Assembly (NCBI GenBank): GCA_965279305.1
Contig: OZ257143.1
Location: 1,290,001-1,322,000, forward strand
Direction of reading: 5' to 3'
DNA length: 32,000 nt
Source of the DNA: Gammaproteobacteria bacterium
GTDB taxonomy: Bacteria > Pseudomonadota > Gammaproteobacteria > JBIOEC01
Shown: one piece after another, positions 22,974 through 31,648 of the stretch
How positions within the stretch are numbered: position 1 is the stretch's first letter
Layout: each line of letters begins with the position of its first letter
Program-made: the position numbers and the translations under genes
Notes under the pieces: generated by a model
Database searches by the model: none
Told to the model about the DNA's origin: nothing
Seen by the model: the letters and a program-made list of their open reading frames with translations, nothing else

Positions 22974-23270
22974 CTAAACCATTGCATCCGCGATCACACC
23001 AGGAGTAGCCTCTTTCTTTTGGGGCAACTCAAATAATTTGCGATCACTATCTCGGGTCAAGTACTTATCGAGTTTAGTGACGAGTGCCGCATAGCTACTT
23101 TTTTCTCGCGCTTGGTCAAGCATGTATGCTCCCACCAAAATTTTTCGGCGAGTTTCTTCTCGTTCTTGCTTTGAGCGATCGCGTGCTTTTAGATTTTGAA
23201 TTTGCGCTTGTAGTTGTGCTTGTCTCTTTTCAAGTTTTTCGATTTGTTTCGCAGCCTGTGTTTTTGACAT
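22974..23270 (-). CDS. TraD/MobC-like relaxosome accessory protein
   Basis: An N-terminal coiled coil is followed by EREETRRKILVGAYMLDQA...LTRDSDRKLFEL. This resembles the small Ti-plasmid TraD / MobC family (R-x-x-TRRKI-x-x-G ... DR-x-LF). It is transcribed divergently from the relaxase, as in traCD-oriT-traA arrangements. Confidence 0.5.
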   Translation of the reverse strand: MSKTQAAKQIEKLEKRQAQLQAQIQNLKARDRSKQEREETRRKILVGAYMLDQAREKSSYAALVTKLDKYLTRDSDRKLFELPQKKEATPGVIADAMV

Positions 23271-23400
23271 GTGTTTTACTCCCTATAATTCTTAGATCAT
23301 TAGCGTGAGTCAAACTCTTTTCTCTGTCAATGGCTTCATGCGTCCGCTGGACTTTCTGGGACTATAAAAAAATAATTTTTCAAAAAAACTTCCACTAAAT
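23268..23400. repeat. Copy A of a ~130-bp direct repeat of the traD-like 5' end/leader region (copy B at 24022-24152)
   Basis: cttagatca.ta.cgtgagtcaaactcttttctctgtcaat.gc.tcatgcgtc.gctggactt.c.tgggactat... is shared by 23291-23397 and 24045-24150. Similarity extends to the cat(g/a)tgtttta start-codon region. Confidence 0.85.
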
Positions 23401-23465
23401 AAATTTAATTAAGGATTTTGGAGTGTTATAATTAAGCTTCATGAAATAAAAGAGGAGTAAAGCAT

Positions 23466-23762
23466 ATGAATGAAATAATACCTGTTGATGTAGGGCAAAT
23501 TGAAGACATGATCAGCAATATAGACAAGATCTCTGAGATATGGCTAGGCCAGCTTCCAGACGAACCTGAGTTGAGAAAAGAAACGATACAGCTTCTCGCC
23601 CATGTGGGTTCATTGGAAGGAGAAGGGAAGATGCCTGTGGCGGATAAGCAAGAAATGTTAGTGTTATCAAAAAACATGTTAGACACTTTCACCGAATTTC
23701 AAAAGCTGATCGAAACATCCCAAGATACTCTACGTAGTCTGCTCACACTGAAGATCCAATAG
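23466..23762 (+). CDS. Hypothetical protein (98 aa)
   Basis: An AGAGGAG SD lies upstream of the ATG. The gene sits between the two copies of the 130-bp repeat. Confidence 0.5.
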   Translation: MNEIIPVDVGQIEDMISNIDKISEIWLGQLPDEPELRKETIQLLAHVGSLEGEGKMPVADKQEMLVLSKNMLDTFTEFQKLIETSQDTLRSLLTLKIQ

Positions 23763-24021
23763 AGGCAACAGGCAGGATTCGCCTTATACGCATTATTATC
23801 TGTATTAGCGAAGCCCTGCTTGGGGCAAGTTATTTGATGGCAGGAGAACATTTTCAGGGGGCATTAAAGCCCCTGAAAAATCGTCATCGCCTCTCATCTT
23901 TAATCTAAAAGAGCACGTAGCCGTATGCTACGTAAAGTAAAATTTCTCAAGACACTTCTGTTTAACATATCAACCTCCTCTGTTTGAGCAATTATTTTTT
24001 ATTTTTAGTCTGTGTTCGTAA

Positions 24022-24152
24022 CATATGTTTTATTTCTTGTACTTCTTAGATCACTACCGTGAGTCAAACTCTTTTCTCTGTCAATAGCCTCATGCGTCAG
24101 CTGGACTTCCTTGGACTATTTAAAATAAATTTTCTAAAAAAAACTTCTACAG
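24022..24152. repeat. Copy B of the ~130-bp direct repeat; retains only a 10-codon stub of a traD-like start
   Basis: The minus-strand ATG at 24024 gives MLRTQTKNKK* only. The rest aligns with copy A. Confidence 0.85.
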
Positions 24153-24160
24153 AGGCGAGC

Positions 24161-24210
24161 CACACTGGCAATTGAAGTGCGCGCTTATACGTTGCTTTGC
24201 AACATGCTGG
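24161..24210 (+). promoter_or_regulatory. Putative oriT core with a MOBQ-like nic sequence
   Basis: gaagtgcgcgctt (24174-24186) resembles the MOBQ nic core AAGTGCGCCCT (RSF1010-type, from memory). Small inverted repeats flank it: gcca-cac-tggc (24160-24170) and gttgc-ttt-gcaac (24192-24204). It lies 90 bp upstream of the relaxase start. Confidence 0.4.
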
Positions 24211-24273
24211 AATAAAAAAATAAAACTCGTTACAATATTAATATGGAAGTAGAAGTAAAAAGAGGAAAATGAC

Positions 24274-26880
24274 ATGGCCGTCTTTCATGTCAGTGCACAA
24301 ATGATTGGACGCTCCAGCGGACGCAGTAGTGTTGCGTGTGCTGCGTATCGTTCTGGCCAAGAATTAACAGATGAACGTCTTGGCAAAACGTTTGATTATT
24401 CGCGCAAAGACGGCGTTTTAGATGCACAGATTTTTCTTCCCGCTAACGCCCCCACGTGGATGCTCGATCGTGAAAAATTGTGGAATGCAGTAGAAGCCAA
24501 AGAAAACCGCAAAGACGCGCAGCTAGCGCGTGAGTTTCAGATTTCCTTACCCCGTGAATTAACCATCGAACAAAACAAATCGCTCATTCATGATTATGTG
24601 AAACAAGCCTTTGTGAGCAGAGGCATGATTGCTGATGTCTGCTTACATGTAGAGCGTGCGAGTGATGGTGGCGCGCAACCTCATGCGCACATCATGCTCA
24701 CCACCCGTGAAGTCACTGCTGATGGTTTTGGAAAAAAGGCCAGAGAGTGGAATGATAAAGCATTGCTCGTTGAACAACGCGCCCTCTGGGAAACGGTGGT
24801 GAATCATCACCTAGCACTTAACGGTCATGATATGCGGATTGATCACCGCACTCTGGAAGCCCAAGGGATCGACTTACTCCCTCAAACAAAAATCGGCCCC
24901 CAAAGTGCGCGGGATCGATTATCGGCTTTGGAAGATCATCAACGCCGCGCTCGTGAAAACGGTGAGCGATTATTAGCCAGGCCAGCGCTCGCTCTAAAAG
25001 CCATCACGCAACAACAATCTACATTTACTCACCGAGATGTGGCGCGCTTTGTTAATCGTCACACCGTCGATGCAGAGCAGTTTCAAGCCGTATATGACGC
25101 GATCATGGCGAGCCCCGAACTCATGAGCATAGGGAAAGATGATCGTGGCGTAGAGCGATTAACCACGCGAGAGCAGCGGGAAATGGAGCACCGTTTGCTG
25201 GCTGACGCCGAGCTGGGAGCATCCGAATTTCGCCACCCTGTGAGTACTCGTGTGCGCGAACAGGTAGAGGCACACTGGAAACTTGATGGACAACAATTAA
25301 CTGCCTATCGACATCTTGTTGAAAAAGGTGATGTGACGGGGTTGATTGGCTATGCGGGTACGGGCAAAAGTTATTTGCTAGGAGCCGCACGTGAAGTGTG
25401 GGAACGCGAAGGGTACAACGTGCAGGGCGTGACGCTCTCTGGCATTGCCGCTGAAAATTTAGAAGCCAGCAGCGGTATTACTTCTCGCACGTTTGCAAGC
25501 CGTTCGTATTATTGGCGCAATTCACGCGAGTCATTAACCTCCAAAGATATTCTGGTGGTGGATGAGGCCGGTATGTTGGGCAGTCGACAATTTTCAGAGC
25601 TGATGAAGGAGGCTCGCCGCGCCGGCGCAAAAGTAGTACTGATTGGTGATCCACAACAATTACAAGCAATAGAAGCGGGTGGTGCGTTTAGAGCAATTAG
25701 TGAGCGCGTAGACACTGAATATTTAACCCATATTCGCCGTCAGCATGAACCCTGGCAAAAAGAAGCCACAAAAGCATTGGCCGAAGGCAAGACACCAATG
25801 GCACTCGAAGCGTATCGTGAAAAGAGTTACGTGCATGAATGTAAAACGGCGGAGGAAAGTAAAAATCACTTACTCGATCACTGGCACATGGCGCGCCAAC
25901 AACATCCTGATAAAAGCGAGATTATGGTAGCGTATCTTCGTGCGGATGCCGTAGCACTGAATGAGGGTGCGCGTGCACGACGGTTAGAAGCCGGCGAGTT
26001 GGGAGAGAGTAAAACATTTATGACCGAAGGGGGTGCACGAGAATTTGCAATTGGCGAGCGATTGTACTTTTTGAAAAATGATCGGGACTTAAAAGTAAAG
26101 AATGGAACATTAGGAACCATTAAGGAGTTTCGTGGACATTCGCTATTAGTGCAGCTGGATAAAGAAGAGAAAGGGAAGAAGCGAGAAATTGTAGTGAATA
26201 CATTGCACTATAAATATGTGGAATATGGGTATGCTTCTACTATTCATAAATCGCAAGGAGCTACCGTTGATAGAGCGTACTTTTTAACGTCTGAATATGT
26301 AGACGCGCACGCCGCCTATGTGGCGATGAGTCGTCACCGAGAAAGTGTACACGTCTATTGGAGTCATGATCGATTTAAAGAATGGAAAGACGTATGCACT
26401 ACGTTAGCGCGTGAGCGTGGTAAAGATATGACCACGGATTATGGCGTTGAACAACATGCGGCAGCCGTACCGGATTTGAAATTAACACCCGAAAAAGAAA
26501 CAGCGCATCAACAGCAGACAATCGTGGCTAAACAATCACCGCCTATCATTTCCCTGGAAGCTTTTGCACGGCAATTTGAAGCGAATAATCCTGAACTGTC
26601 GCGGACTATCCAGCAGTCATTGGATCCAAAACTCAATCAGGAAAAAGACATGCAACAACACGTCGCTTATTTTGAACGTCTGGAAAAAGCAGCCTCTCAA
26701 CATCTTGATAGAAAAGACGTTGAAATATTTAAGTCCTATGTTGTCCAATTAAGTAAAAATGAAGAATTGATGGCGCATATTAAACAACAGCATGGTAAAA
26801 TATTTGAAAGGTTGCAACAGCATGTGAAAGAGCATGAACGTCAGCAGTCTTTGAATATCAGTTTTGATATAGAAAGATAG
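24274..26880 (+). CDS. traA: Conjugative relaxase-helicase (MobA/MobL MOBQ-type relaxase domain + RecD/TraA-like helicase)
   Basis: The N-terminus MAVFHVSAQMIGRSSGRSSVACAAYRSG (catalytic Tyr context) and QPHAHIMLTTR (His motif) match MobA/MobL. Helicase Walker A is GYAGTGKS and Walker B is LVVDEAGM, followed by GDPQQLQAIEAGGAFR and STIHKSQG. Codon usage is visibly GC-richer than the flanks. Confidence 0.9.
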   Translation: MAVFHVSAQMIGRSSGRSSVACAAYRSGQELTDERLGKTFDYSRKDGVLDAQIFLPANAPTWMLDREKLWNAVEAKENRKDAQLAREFQISLPRELTIEQNKSLIHDYVKQAFVSRGMIADVCLHVERASDGGAQPHAHIMLTTREVTADGFGKKAREWNDKALLVEQRALWETVVNHHLALNGHDMRIDHRTLEAQGIDLLPQTKIGPQSARDRLSALEDHQRRARENGERLLARPALALKAITQQQSTFTHRDVARFVNRHTVDAEQFQAVYDAIMASPELMSIGKDDRGVERLTTREQREMEHRLLADAELGASEFRHPVSTRVREQVEAHWKLDGQQLTAYRHLVEKGDVTGLIGYAGTGKSYLLGAAREVWEREGYNVQGVTLSGIAAENLEASSGITSRTFASRSYYWRNSRESLTSKDILVVDEAGMLGSRQFSELMKEARRAGAKVVLIGDPQQLQAIEAGGAFRAISERVDTEYLTHIRRQHEPWQKEATKALAEGKTPMALEAYREKSYVHECKTAEESKNHLLDHWHMARQQHPDKSEIMVAYLRADAVALNEGARARRLEAGELGESKTFMTEGGAREFAIGERLYFLKNDRDLKVKNGTLGTIKEFRGHSLLVQLDKEEKGKKREIVVNTLHYKYVEYGYASTIHKSQGATVDRAYFLTSEYVDAHAAYVAMSRHRESVHVYWSHDRFKEWKDVCTTLARERGKDMTTDYGVEQHAAAVPDLKLTPEKETAHQQQTIVAKQSPPIISLEAFARQFEANNPELSRTIQQSLDPKLNQEKDMQQHVAYFERLEKAASQHLDRKDVEIFKSYVVQLSKNEELMAHIKQQHGKIFERLQQHVKEHERQQSLNISFDIER

Positions 26881-26906
26881 TAACAGAAGTCATAAGGAGG
26901 TACACA

Positions 26907-27497
26907 ATGACAATAGAAAATACAGGAGAACAAAATCTCGAACAGGCAAACGAAAATAATCAACCACTGATGGATCAAAGAGAGTTATTAAATTCGCTCT
27001 CGGCGAATATTTATCAGTTGTATGAAGTGCAAAAACATCTTTATGGGGATGTAAAAAAATTCTCTGAGGCGAGTCAGGAATTTATGTCTTTTCATCAAAC
27101 CTTGAAAGGGACCGTAAAAGATTTCTCCCTGCTTGCTCCAGAGGTTAAACGTCAAATAAATGAGATGGTCTATGCCAGCGTCACAAAAACCCTTAAGCAA
27201 CAAGAAGCGAATCTGGGAGAAGCATTGGTGGCTACCGCCAGCATAGAAACGAACAAACTGGTTCAATCACTCAATACCAGTGTTAGGAATGCAGAAAAAA
27301 CGCTTGATAGTTATATTGAGGAAACAAAATGGTCACGCTGGATGAGCGTTGGTACAGGCGCCTTATGCGGGTTATGTATTGTACTGGTCTTCCTTGTCTT
27401 TATGGTAGCTAGACCTTTTACTTTCGTGGATGCCGCCGATATTGATATGTATGAATATGGGAAACTGACAGGGAAAATGCTGGCTAAAACTGAGTGA
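26907..27497 (+). CDS. Hypothetical coiled-coil protein with a C-terminal TM helix (196 aa)
   Basis: A strong SD (TAAGGAGG) is present and the start is 27 nt after the traA stop. The TM segment is WMSVGTGALCGLCIVLVFLVFMVA. Confidence 0.6.
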   Translation: MTIENTGEQNLEQANENNQPLMDQRELLNSLSANIYQLYEVQKHLYGDVKKFSEASQEFMSFHQTLKGTVKDFSLLAPEVKRQINEMVYASVTKTLKQQEANLGEALVATASIETNKLVQSLNTSVRNAEKTLDSYIEETKWSRWMSVGTGALCGLCIVLVFLVFMVARPFTFVDAADIDMYEYGKLTGKMLAKTE

Positions 27498-27664
27498 AAA
27501 GGAGAGAGATAGAATTCGGGATCTGGCCTATAAATCTGATTAAGGGTATGATGAGTAACGAGGGGCGTTTGGCATTACAGGATGAACTGAATAAATCGGG
27601 TTTATGTGTAGAAGTTGAAGTCAAAGCGGCTTAATAATATAAGCAAAGTAAAAGGAGTCCAAAA

Positions 27665-27928
27665 ATGGCTATACAAATTAAAGGATCTGGTGATATTAAA
27701 AAGCATTTTTCTGATCTTACCAAAAAGATAGAAGAAAAAGTAAAGACAAATACAAAACTGGCGGAAGATAAAGCGACTAAAGCCGCCCGTATTTTTTTAG
27801 ATGAAAAAGCAAAAGAAAATGGTTTAGATCCTGCAACCATGACTGAGCAAGATCTTGAGAATCTAAAAACAAAATATGGCCATGAGCTTAGAAAAATAGG
27901 TATGGATGCACTCAGATCATCCTTTTAG
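27665..27928 (+). CDS. Small Lys/Glu-rich hypothetical protein (87 aa)
   Basis: An AAAGGAG SD is present. Downstream lie the tttgctagcaaa palindrome and a T-run. Confidence 0.5.
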   Translation: MAIQIKGSGDIKKHFSDLTKKIEEKVKTNTKLAEDKATKAARIFLDEKAKENGLDPATMTEQDLENLKTKYGHELRKIGMDALRSSF

Positions 27929-28149
27929 AATTTAGGTTGATTTGCTAGCAAAGTTGTCTTTCAACTGATGGTTTTTTTTAAGTCTCTAATCACAGTGTGA
28001 TAAGAAAGGGAGAGGGCAGGTCAACCATTGGTGTGTTATCATCACTGCGCCCTTTCTTATCGTTTTTGTTTCAATATTGATTCCAGCTTTTCCAGCCCAT
28101 CTTTAACTATCATGTAGAAACGCCTTACCCATTCCCTAATGCTCATAGC

Positions 28150-28419
28150 CTATTCCTTCGCTTGCTCATTAAGCAAGGCTTTAGCCTGGGTCATTAGTTC
28201 AGTTAATTGGGCCTCATTCTGTGTTTTTGCGGAGTCTAAGAGATTACTCACCGCCCATAAATAATCACGCTGTTCATTCTCCTCTTGTTCGTGAAAACAC
28301 TGAGTCAGTGCCATTTTGACCAAGGCCACCGATTGGCATAGGTAAACGGCTAGTTCTTCTCGTTGATAGGATTGTTGGTTTATAAACTGGCACAGATCGT
28401 TTAAACTATAGCTAGTCAT
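28150..28419 (-). CDS. Hypothetical protein (89 aa)
   Basis: An ORF with an AAAGGAGA-like SD (plus tctcctttc at 28427-28435). No recognisable domain. Confidence 0.5.
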   Translation of the reverse strand: MTSYSLNDLCQFINQQSYQREELAVYLCQSVALVKMALTQCFHEQEENEQRDYLWAVSNLLDSAKTQNEAQLTELMTQAKALLNEQAKE

Positions 28420-28533
28420 GGCCTAATCTCCTTTCAGATTGGTTGTGATTAGTGCCACATGGGTGCTTCAACATCCGTGTGGTACGCTTATTAGTTAGGC
28501 TAGCATTGAAAGCTTAAAATATCAAATACTTTT

Positions 28534-28698
28534 TTACTCTTTTAAGTTTTTATCCAAAAGTTCCTTGATAATGTCGCCCATTGTTTTATCTTCCCGAACG
28601 GAGGCCATCTTTAGCCTTCTGTGCAAGGATAGGGGCAAGTCGATGCTAAACCGCTTTACCTTCTCTTCAGCTTTCTTAGAATTGTTGCTTTTTGACAT
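28534..28698 (-). CDS. Ribbon-helix-helix (CopG/ParG/Arc-like) DNA-binding protein (54 aa from the internal ATG)
   Basis: KRFSIDLPLSLHRRLKMASVREDKTMGDIIKELL fits the RHH beta-strand/helix-helix pattern. AAGGAG lies 6 nt upstream of the ATG at 28698, so the track start at 28755 is probably too long. Confidence 0.7.
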   Translation of the reverse strand: MSKSNNSKKAEEKVKRFSIDLPLSLHRRLKMASVREDKTMGDIIKELLDKNLKE

Positions 28699-28829
28699 TA
28701 CTAGCTCCTTTAATGATAGGGCAGGGTCTATTATAGCATTTAAGCCAAGGCTCATTTACTGAAAACTCCTTTAAGCTTAAAAGACCTTAAATAGGGCAGG
28801 GCATCCGCCATTCACAACTCGAAGCTCCC

Positions 28830-28879
28830 AACTCGGTAAAGCCCGACTCGTAACATTACGACTCGGACTTTACCGAGTT
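28830..28879. promoter_or_regulatory. 21-bp imperfect inverted repeat (operator candidate) in the divergent intergenic region
   Basis: aactcggtaaagcccgactcg (28830-28850), an 8-nt spacer, then cgactcggactttaccgagtt (28859-28879). The arms are complementary at 19/21 positions. tataat at 28881-28886 follows immediately. Confidence 0.6.
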
Positions 28880-28919
28880 ATATAATGTAGAACATCATTT
28901 TTAATAAATAAAAAGTGTC

Positions 28920-28948
28920 TTGACTCGCAGAGTATAGGCTGGTAATAT
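28920..28948 (+). promoter_or_regulatory. Sigma70-like promoter candidate for the 28986-30713 operon
   Basis: TTGACT (28920-28925), a 17-nt spacer and TAATAT (28943-28948), 38 bp upstream of the ATG at 28986. Confidence 0.45.
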
Positions 28949-28985
28949 TGTATACAAGTCAACAAATAGCCAAAAGGTTTTTAGT

Positions 28986-29501
28986 ATGAACAAAGCTAGC
29001 ATTACTCTAACTCTTAAAGGGACGGGGCTCTCATATGAGAAAGAAATAGATGAAAACACGGCAGCCCAAATCATGGCTCTATGTCTTACTCTCCATGAGA
29101 CTCGATCAAATACAGAAAAAACTGCGCAACTTCCTTCATTTCAGCGCCTCAGCTCTAGTTCTCAAAGTGAATCAGCTGCGGAATATCTAAACCGCTATGC
29201 CCCAAGACGGAATCCAGACAAGATCCTTGCGTTAGCAGGTTTTTTAAAGATCCATCATAACAAAGAGTCATTTGAGCAGGGGGAAATCAAAAGCCTCTTT
29301 CGTGATGCGGGAGAGTTAACACCTGCAAATCTTACGCGAGATTTCAAAGCGACTGTCGCTAAAGGTTGGATTGCTCCTGACCCAAATAAAAAAGGCAGTT
29401 TTTATATCACAAATACAGGTATAAAAGCATTAGAAGGTGGATTCCCAGAGGAATCGGTAGTAAAAAGAAAAACAGTACGCCGTAAAAACAAGGGGAAGTA
29501 A
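28986..29501 (+). CDS. Hypothetical protein with a C-terminal winged-helix-like module (operon gene 1 of 3)
   Basis: FEQGEIKSLFRDAGELTPANLTRDFKATVAKGWIAPDPNKKGSFYITNTGIKAL fits a wHTH-like pattern shared with the next two genes. Confidence 0.6.
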   Translation: MNKASITLTLKGTGLSYEKEIDENTAAQIMALCLTLHETRSNTEKTAQLPSFQRLSSSSQSESAAEYLNRYAPRRNPDKILALAGFLKIHHNKESFEQGEIKSLFRDAGELTPANLTRDFKATVAKGWIAPDPNKKGSFYITNTGIKALEGGFPEESVVKRKTVRRKNKGK

Positions 29502-29503
29502 CT

Positions 29504-29986
29504 ATGACCGATGAATTAAAAACAAAACTTCATAACATACAGAATTTGATAAATGAGTGCCTAGAATTATTGCCTGGTCATTCGCTTGTTCTAAAAACTT
29601 CTACTGTAAAGAAAAAGTCTGCAAAGAATAACGAGCTTAATAATCATGTATTAATGATTTCAAATAAGATAAAAAGCTGTGAAGAAAATGAAAAAATAGA
29701 AGAAAAAATTCTTGATAAAGCTTCTGTTCTTGGACGGGTACTTTTGCCGTATTACATTTGCTATAAGTATTTTCCAACTCAAGGACTTACCACTGGTGAT
29801 GTGGCAAAAATAACTTCTGAACTACGAATAGGGGTTAAGCTCTCCAACATATCTACAGCTATTACAAACTCCTTACAAAAATATCTCGAAGGAGATTCAA
29901 CTAGGGTGAAAGGAAAGCCCGTCACTTATAAGCTAAATAGAAAAGGAGCGAAGCACTTCGAGTCTCTTCTGAATGGTGATGAGTAA
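29504..29986 (+). CDS. Hypothetical protein with a C-terminal winged-helix-like module (operon gene 2 of 3)
   Basis: It starts 2 nt after the gene 1 stop. Contains LTTGDVAKITSELRIGVKLSNISTAITNSLQKYLEGDSTRVKGKPVTYKLNRKGAKHF. Confidence 0.6.
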   Translation: MTDELKTKLHNIQNLINECLELLPGHSLVLKTSTVKKKSAKNNELNNHVLMISNKIKSCEENEKIEEKILDKASVLGRVLLPYYICYKYFPTQGLTTGDVAKITSELRIGVKLSNISTAITNSLQKYLEGDSTRVKGKPVTYKLNRKGAKHFESLLNGDE

Positions 29987-30713
29987 AGTAATATCTAGTA
30001 TCGAAGAGTTTTCTCTCTGCATGAGTCAAAAAGCTATAAAAATCGCAGATAGGGCACTTGCGTTTTTTTATTATTATGCTATGAAAAATGATAGTGGCGC
30101 GACGCTAAAACAAATCATCTCTGATTTTGAAAAATGCGGTTTTGGAAAGCCCAATATTACGAATTTACGAAAAGCAATAAAAAAAGATCGTCGCCTTGCC
30201 AAGGTTCCAAAAGATGAAGATAGCTGGCGCTTAAAAAGCGACAAGATTTTAGAGGTTGAAACAAAATTCCAGCTCGATAAATGTTTGAAAATAAATAAAA
30301 CTTCCTCTCTAATTTTAAATGGGGAGTTTATAAACATTGCTCGTCTTGAGCAAATTAAAAATATAAAGGGATCTTTTGATTTTTCGAGACTTACTCAAAT
30401 GCTTTCAGAATTAAACCATGCTTTTTTAGTTGGAAATTACATCTCTGTGAGTCTATTAACTCGAGCGGTTATAGACCACATTCCACCCATATTTTCTTTC
30501 AAAACATTTGCCCAAGTAGCAAGCAATCATGGGACAAAAAGTTTTAAAGATTCGATGGATCATTTAGAAAAATCGTGTCGAAAAATAGCAGATCTTCATC
30601 TCCACACACCAATTAGGAAAAATGAATCGCTACCAAATAAAACACAAGTCGATTTTTCCAGCAATCTTGATGTTTTATTAGGTGAAATTGTAAGGATTAC
30701 CACGCTTCCATAA
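29973..30713 (+). CDS. Hypothetical protein: N-terminal winged-helix-like module + C-terminal helical domain with an Rx5H (HEPN-like) motif (operon gene 3 of 3)
   Basis: It overlaps gene 2 by 14 nt. The N-terminal module is ATLKQIISDFEKCGFGKPNITNLRKAIKKDRRLAKVPKDEDSWRLKSDKILEV. The C-terminal region is LTRAVIDHIPPIF...HLEKSCRKIADLHLHTP. Confidence 0.6.
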   Translation: MVMSKVISSIEEFSLCMSQKAIKIADRALAFFYYYAMKNDSGATLKQIISDFEKCGFGKPNITNLRKAIKKDRRLAKVPKDEDSWRLKSDKILEVETKFQLDKCLKINKTSSLILNGEFINIARLEQIKNIKGSFDFSRLTQMLSELNHAFLVGNYISVSLLTRAVIDHIPPIFSFKTFAQVASNHGTKSFKDSMDHLEKSCRKIADLHLHTPIRKNESLPNKTQVDFSSNLDVLLGEIVRITTLP

Positions 30714-30760
30714 AGTTTTTTGCAACGTATCTGGAAAAACTAGAATACCAATCTCAAATA

Positions 30761-31132
30761 TCAAGGCCTTGAAACCTGCTTCAAAAATGCTTGCCCAACA
30801 GGCTTATAACACATGGTAATAAAAACAGCATGAGTGAGTGACTTACACTTTAACTTGGTTTTAATACGCTGCCGATATGTTACAACCGTAGATTTCTCAA
30901 TTCTCATCAAATCTGCTGTTTGTTTTACAGTATTACCTTGGGAAATCCAAAAGAGACAAGTGCGCTCTCTGTCTGAAAGGCTTTCAATCTGTTTTGAATG
31001 AGGATTAGCAATTGCATAAGATAATAACTCACTAATCAAGCAATGTTGCCTAGGGCTAGGAGATGAATTTCCACACGCGAATAAAATATCATTTACTAAT
31101 TTACTTGGAGCCCATAGTTCATATTTATTCAT
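30761..31132 (-). CDS. LuxR/GerE-family HTH transcriptional regulator (123 aa)
   Basis: LSDRERTCLFWISQGNTVKQTADLMRIEKSTVVTYRQRIKTKLKCKS matches the GerE-type HTH signature. Confidence 0.8.
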   Translation of the reverse strand: MNKYELWAPSKLVNDILFACGNSSPSPRQHCLISELLSYAIANPHSKQIESLSDRERTCLFWISQGNTVKQTADLMRIEKSTVVTYRQRIKTKLKCKSLTHAVFITMCYKPVGQAFLKQVSRP

Positions 31133-31164
31133 AGAATCGCCTTATTTATTAAGTTTTTAGGAAG

Positions 31165-31428
31165 CTATTTCGTCATGTCGCAACATATGACATAGCAATA
31201 TAGACACAAGACATGTGAAAATAATTTAGAACTTGGTCTATCACTCCAACCATTGAACCATCGTCTAACCGTGCTCCTAGGAATACCAAATTGATGTGCG
31301 ATCACAGAGCTGGTATATCCAGTTTGTTTAAGTGTATCTATCATGCTTTGCCAATTATCATTAGGCACGTAAATAGGCACAGGCTGAGGGTTTTTATAAT
31401 TTTTAGTTTCGCTACTAACTGTGGACAT
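31165..31428 (-). CDS. Small HTH protein (resolvase/transposase-type HTH; possibly truncated)
   Basis: GYTSSVIAHQFGIPRSTVRRWFNGW is a typical HTH. The Cys-rich C-terminal 25 aa looks non-native. Confidence 0.4.
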   Translation of the reverse strand: MSTVSSETKNYKNPQPVPIYVPNDNWQSMIDTLKQTGYTSSVIAHQFGIPRSTVRRWFNGWSDRPSSKLFSHVLCLYCYVICCDMTK

Positions 31429-31648
31429 GTACTAGCTCCTACTTTTTCCGGTTGTCATTTTTAAAAATGACAAATAACTGTATTAGCACTACAAAAATGT
31501 GCTTTTTAGAAGAAAATACTACTATTCTTCTATTCCCGACCTATGGAAAGGTTGGTATAATTCAACACTAAAAGCGGTTACTGAGGTACACTCATTTTCA
31601 GTGATTAAAATTCACACTCAAAATCAATTTTAAGTTATAAAACTTTAT

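Noticed and set aside
23084-23692. ORFs 23084-23308 (+) and 23432-23692 (-)
   Set aside because: They are antisense to the traD-like gene and to the SD-supported 23466-23762 gene respectively.
23851-23879. 10-bp-stem palindrome ttttcagggg-N9-cccctgaaaa as an intrinsic terminator
   Set aside because: No U-tract follows the stem on either strand; the A/T runs are part of the stem itself. I keep it only as a palindrome of unknown role.
25121-26752. Seven small ORFs nested in the relaxase gene (25121-25390, 25478-25669, 25509-25715, 25745-25930, 25878-26120, 26564-26752)
   Set aside because: They are out of frame or antisense within a 868-aa CDS that has clear relaxase and helicase motifs. GC-rich DNA yields long spurious frames.
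26988-30337. ORFs 26988-27266 (-), 27631-27840 (-), 28565-28762 (+) and 30074-30337 (-)
   Set aside because: Each is antisense to a better-supported gene (SD sequences, operon coupling or an RHH motif on the other strand).
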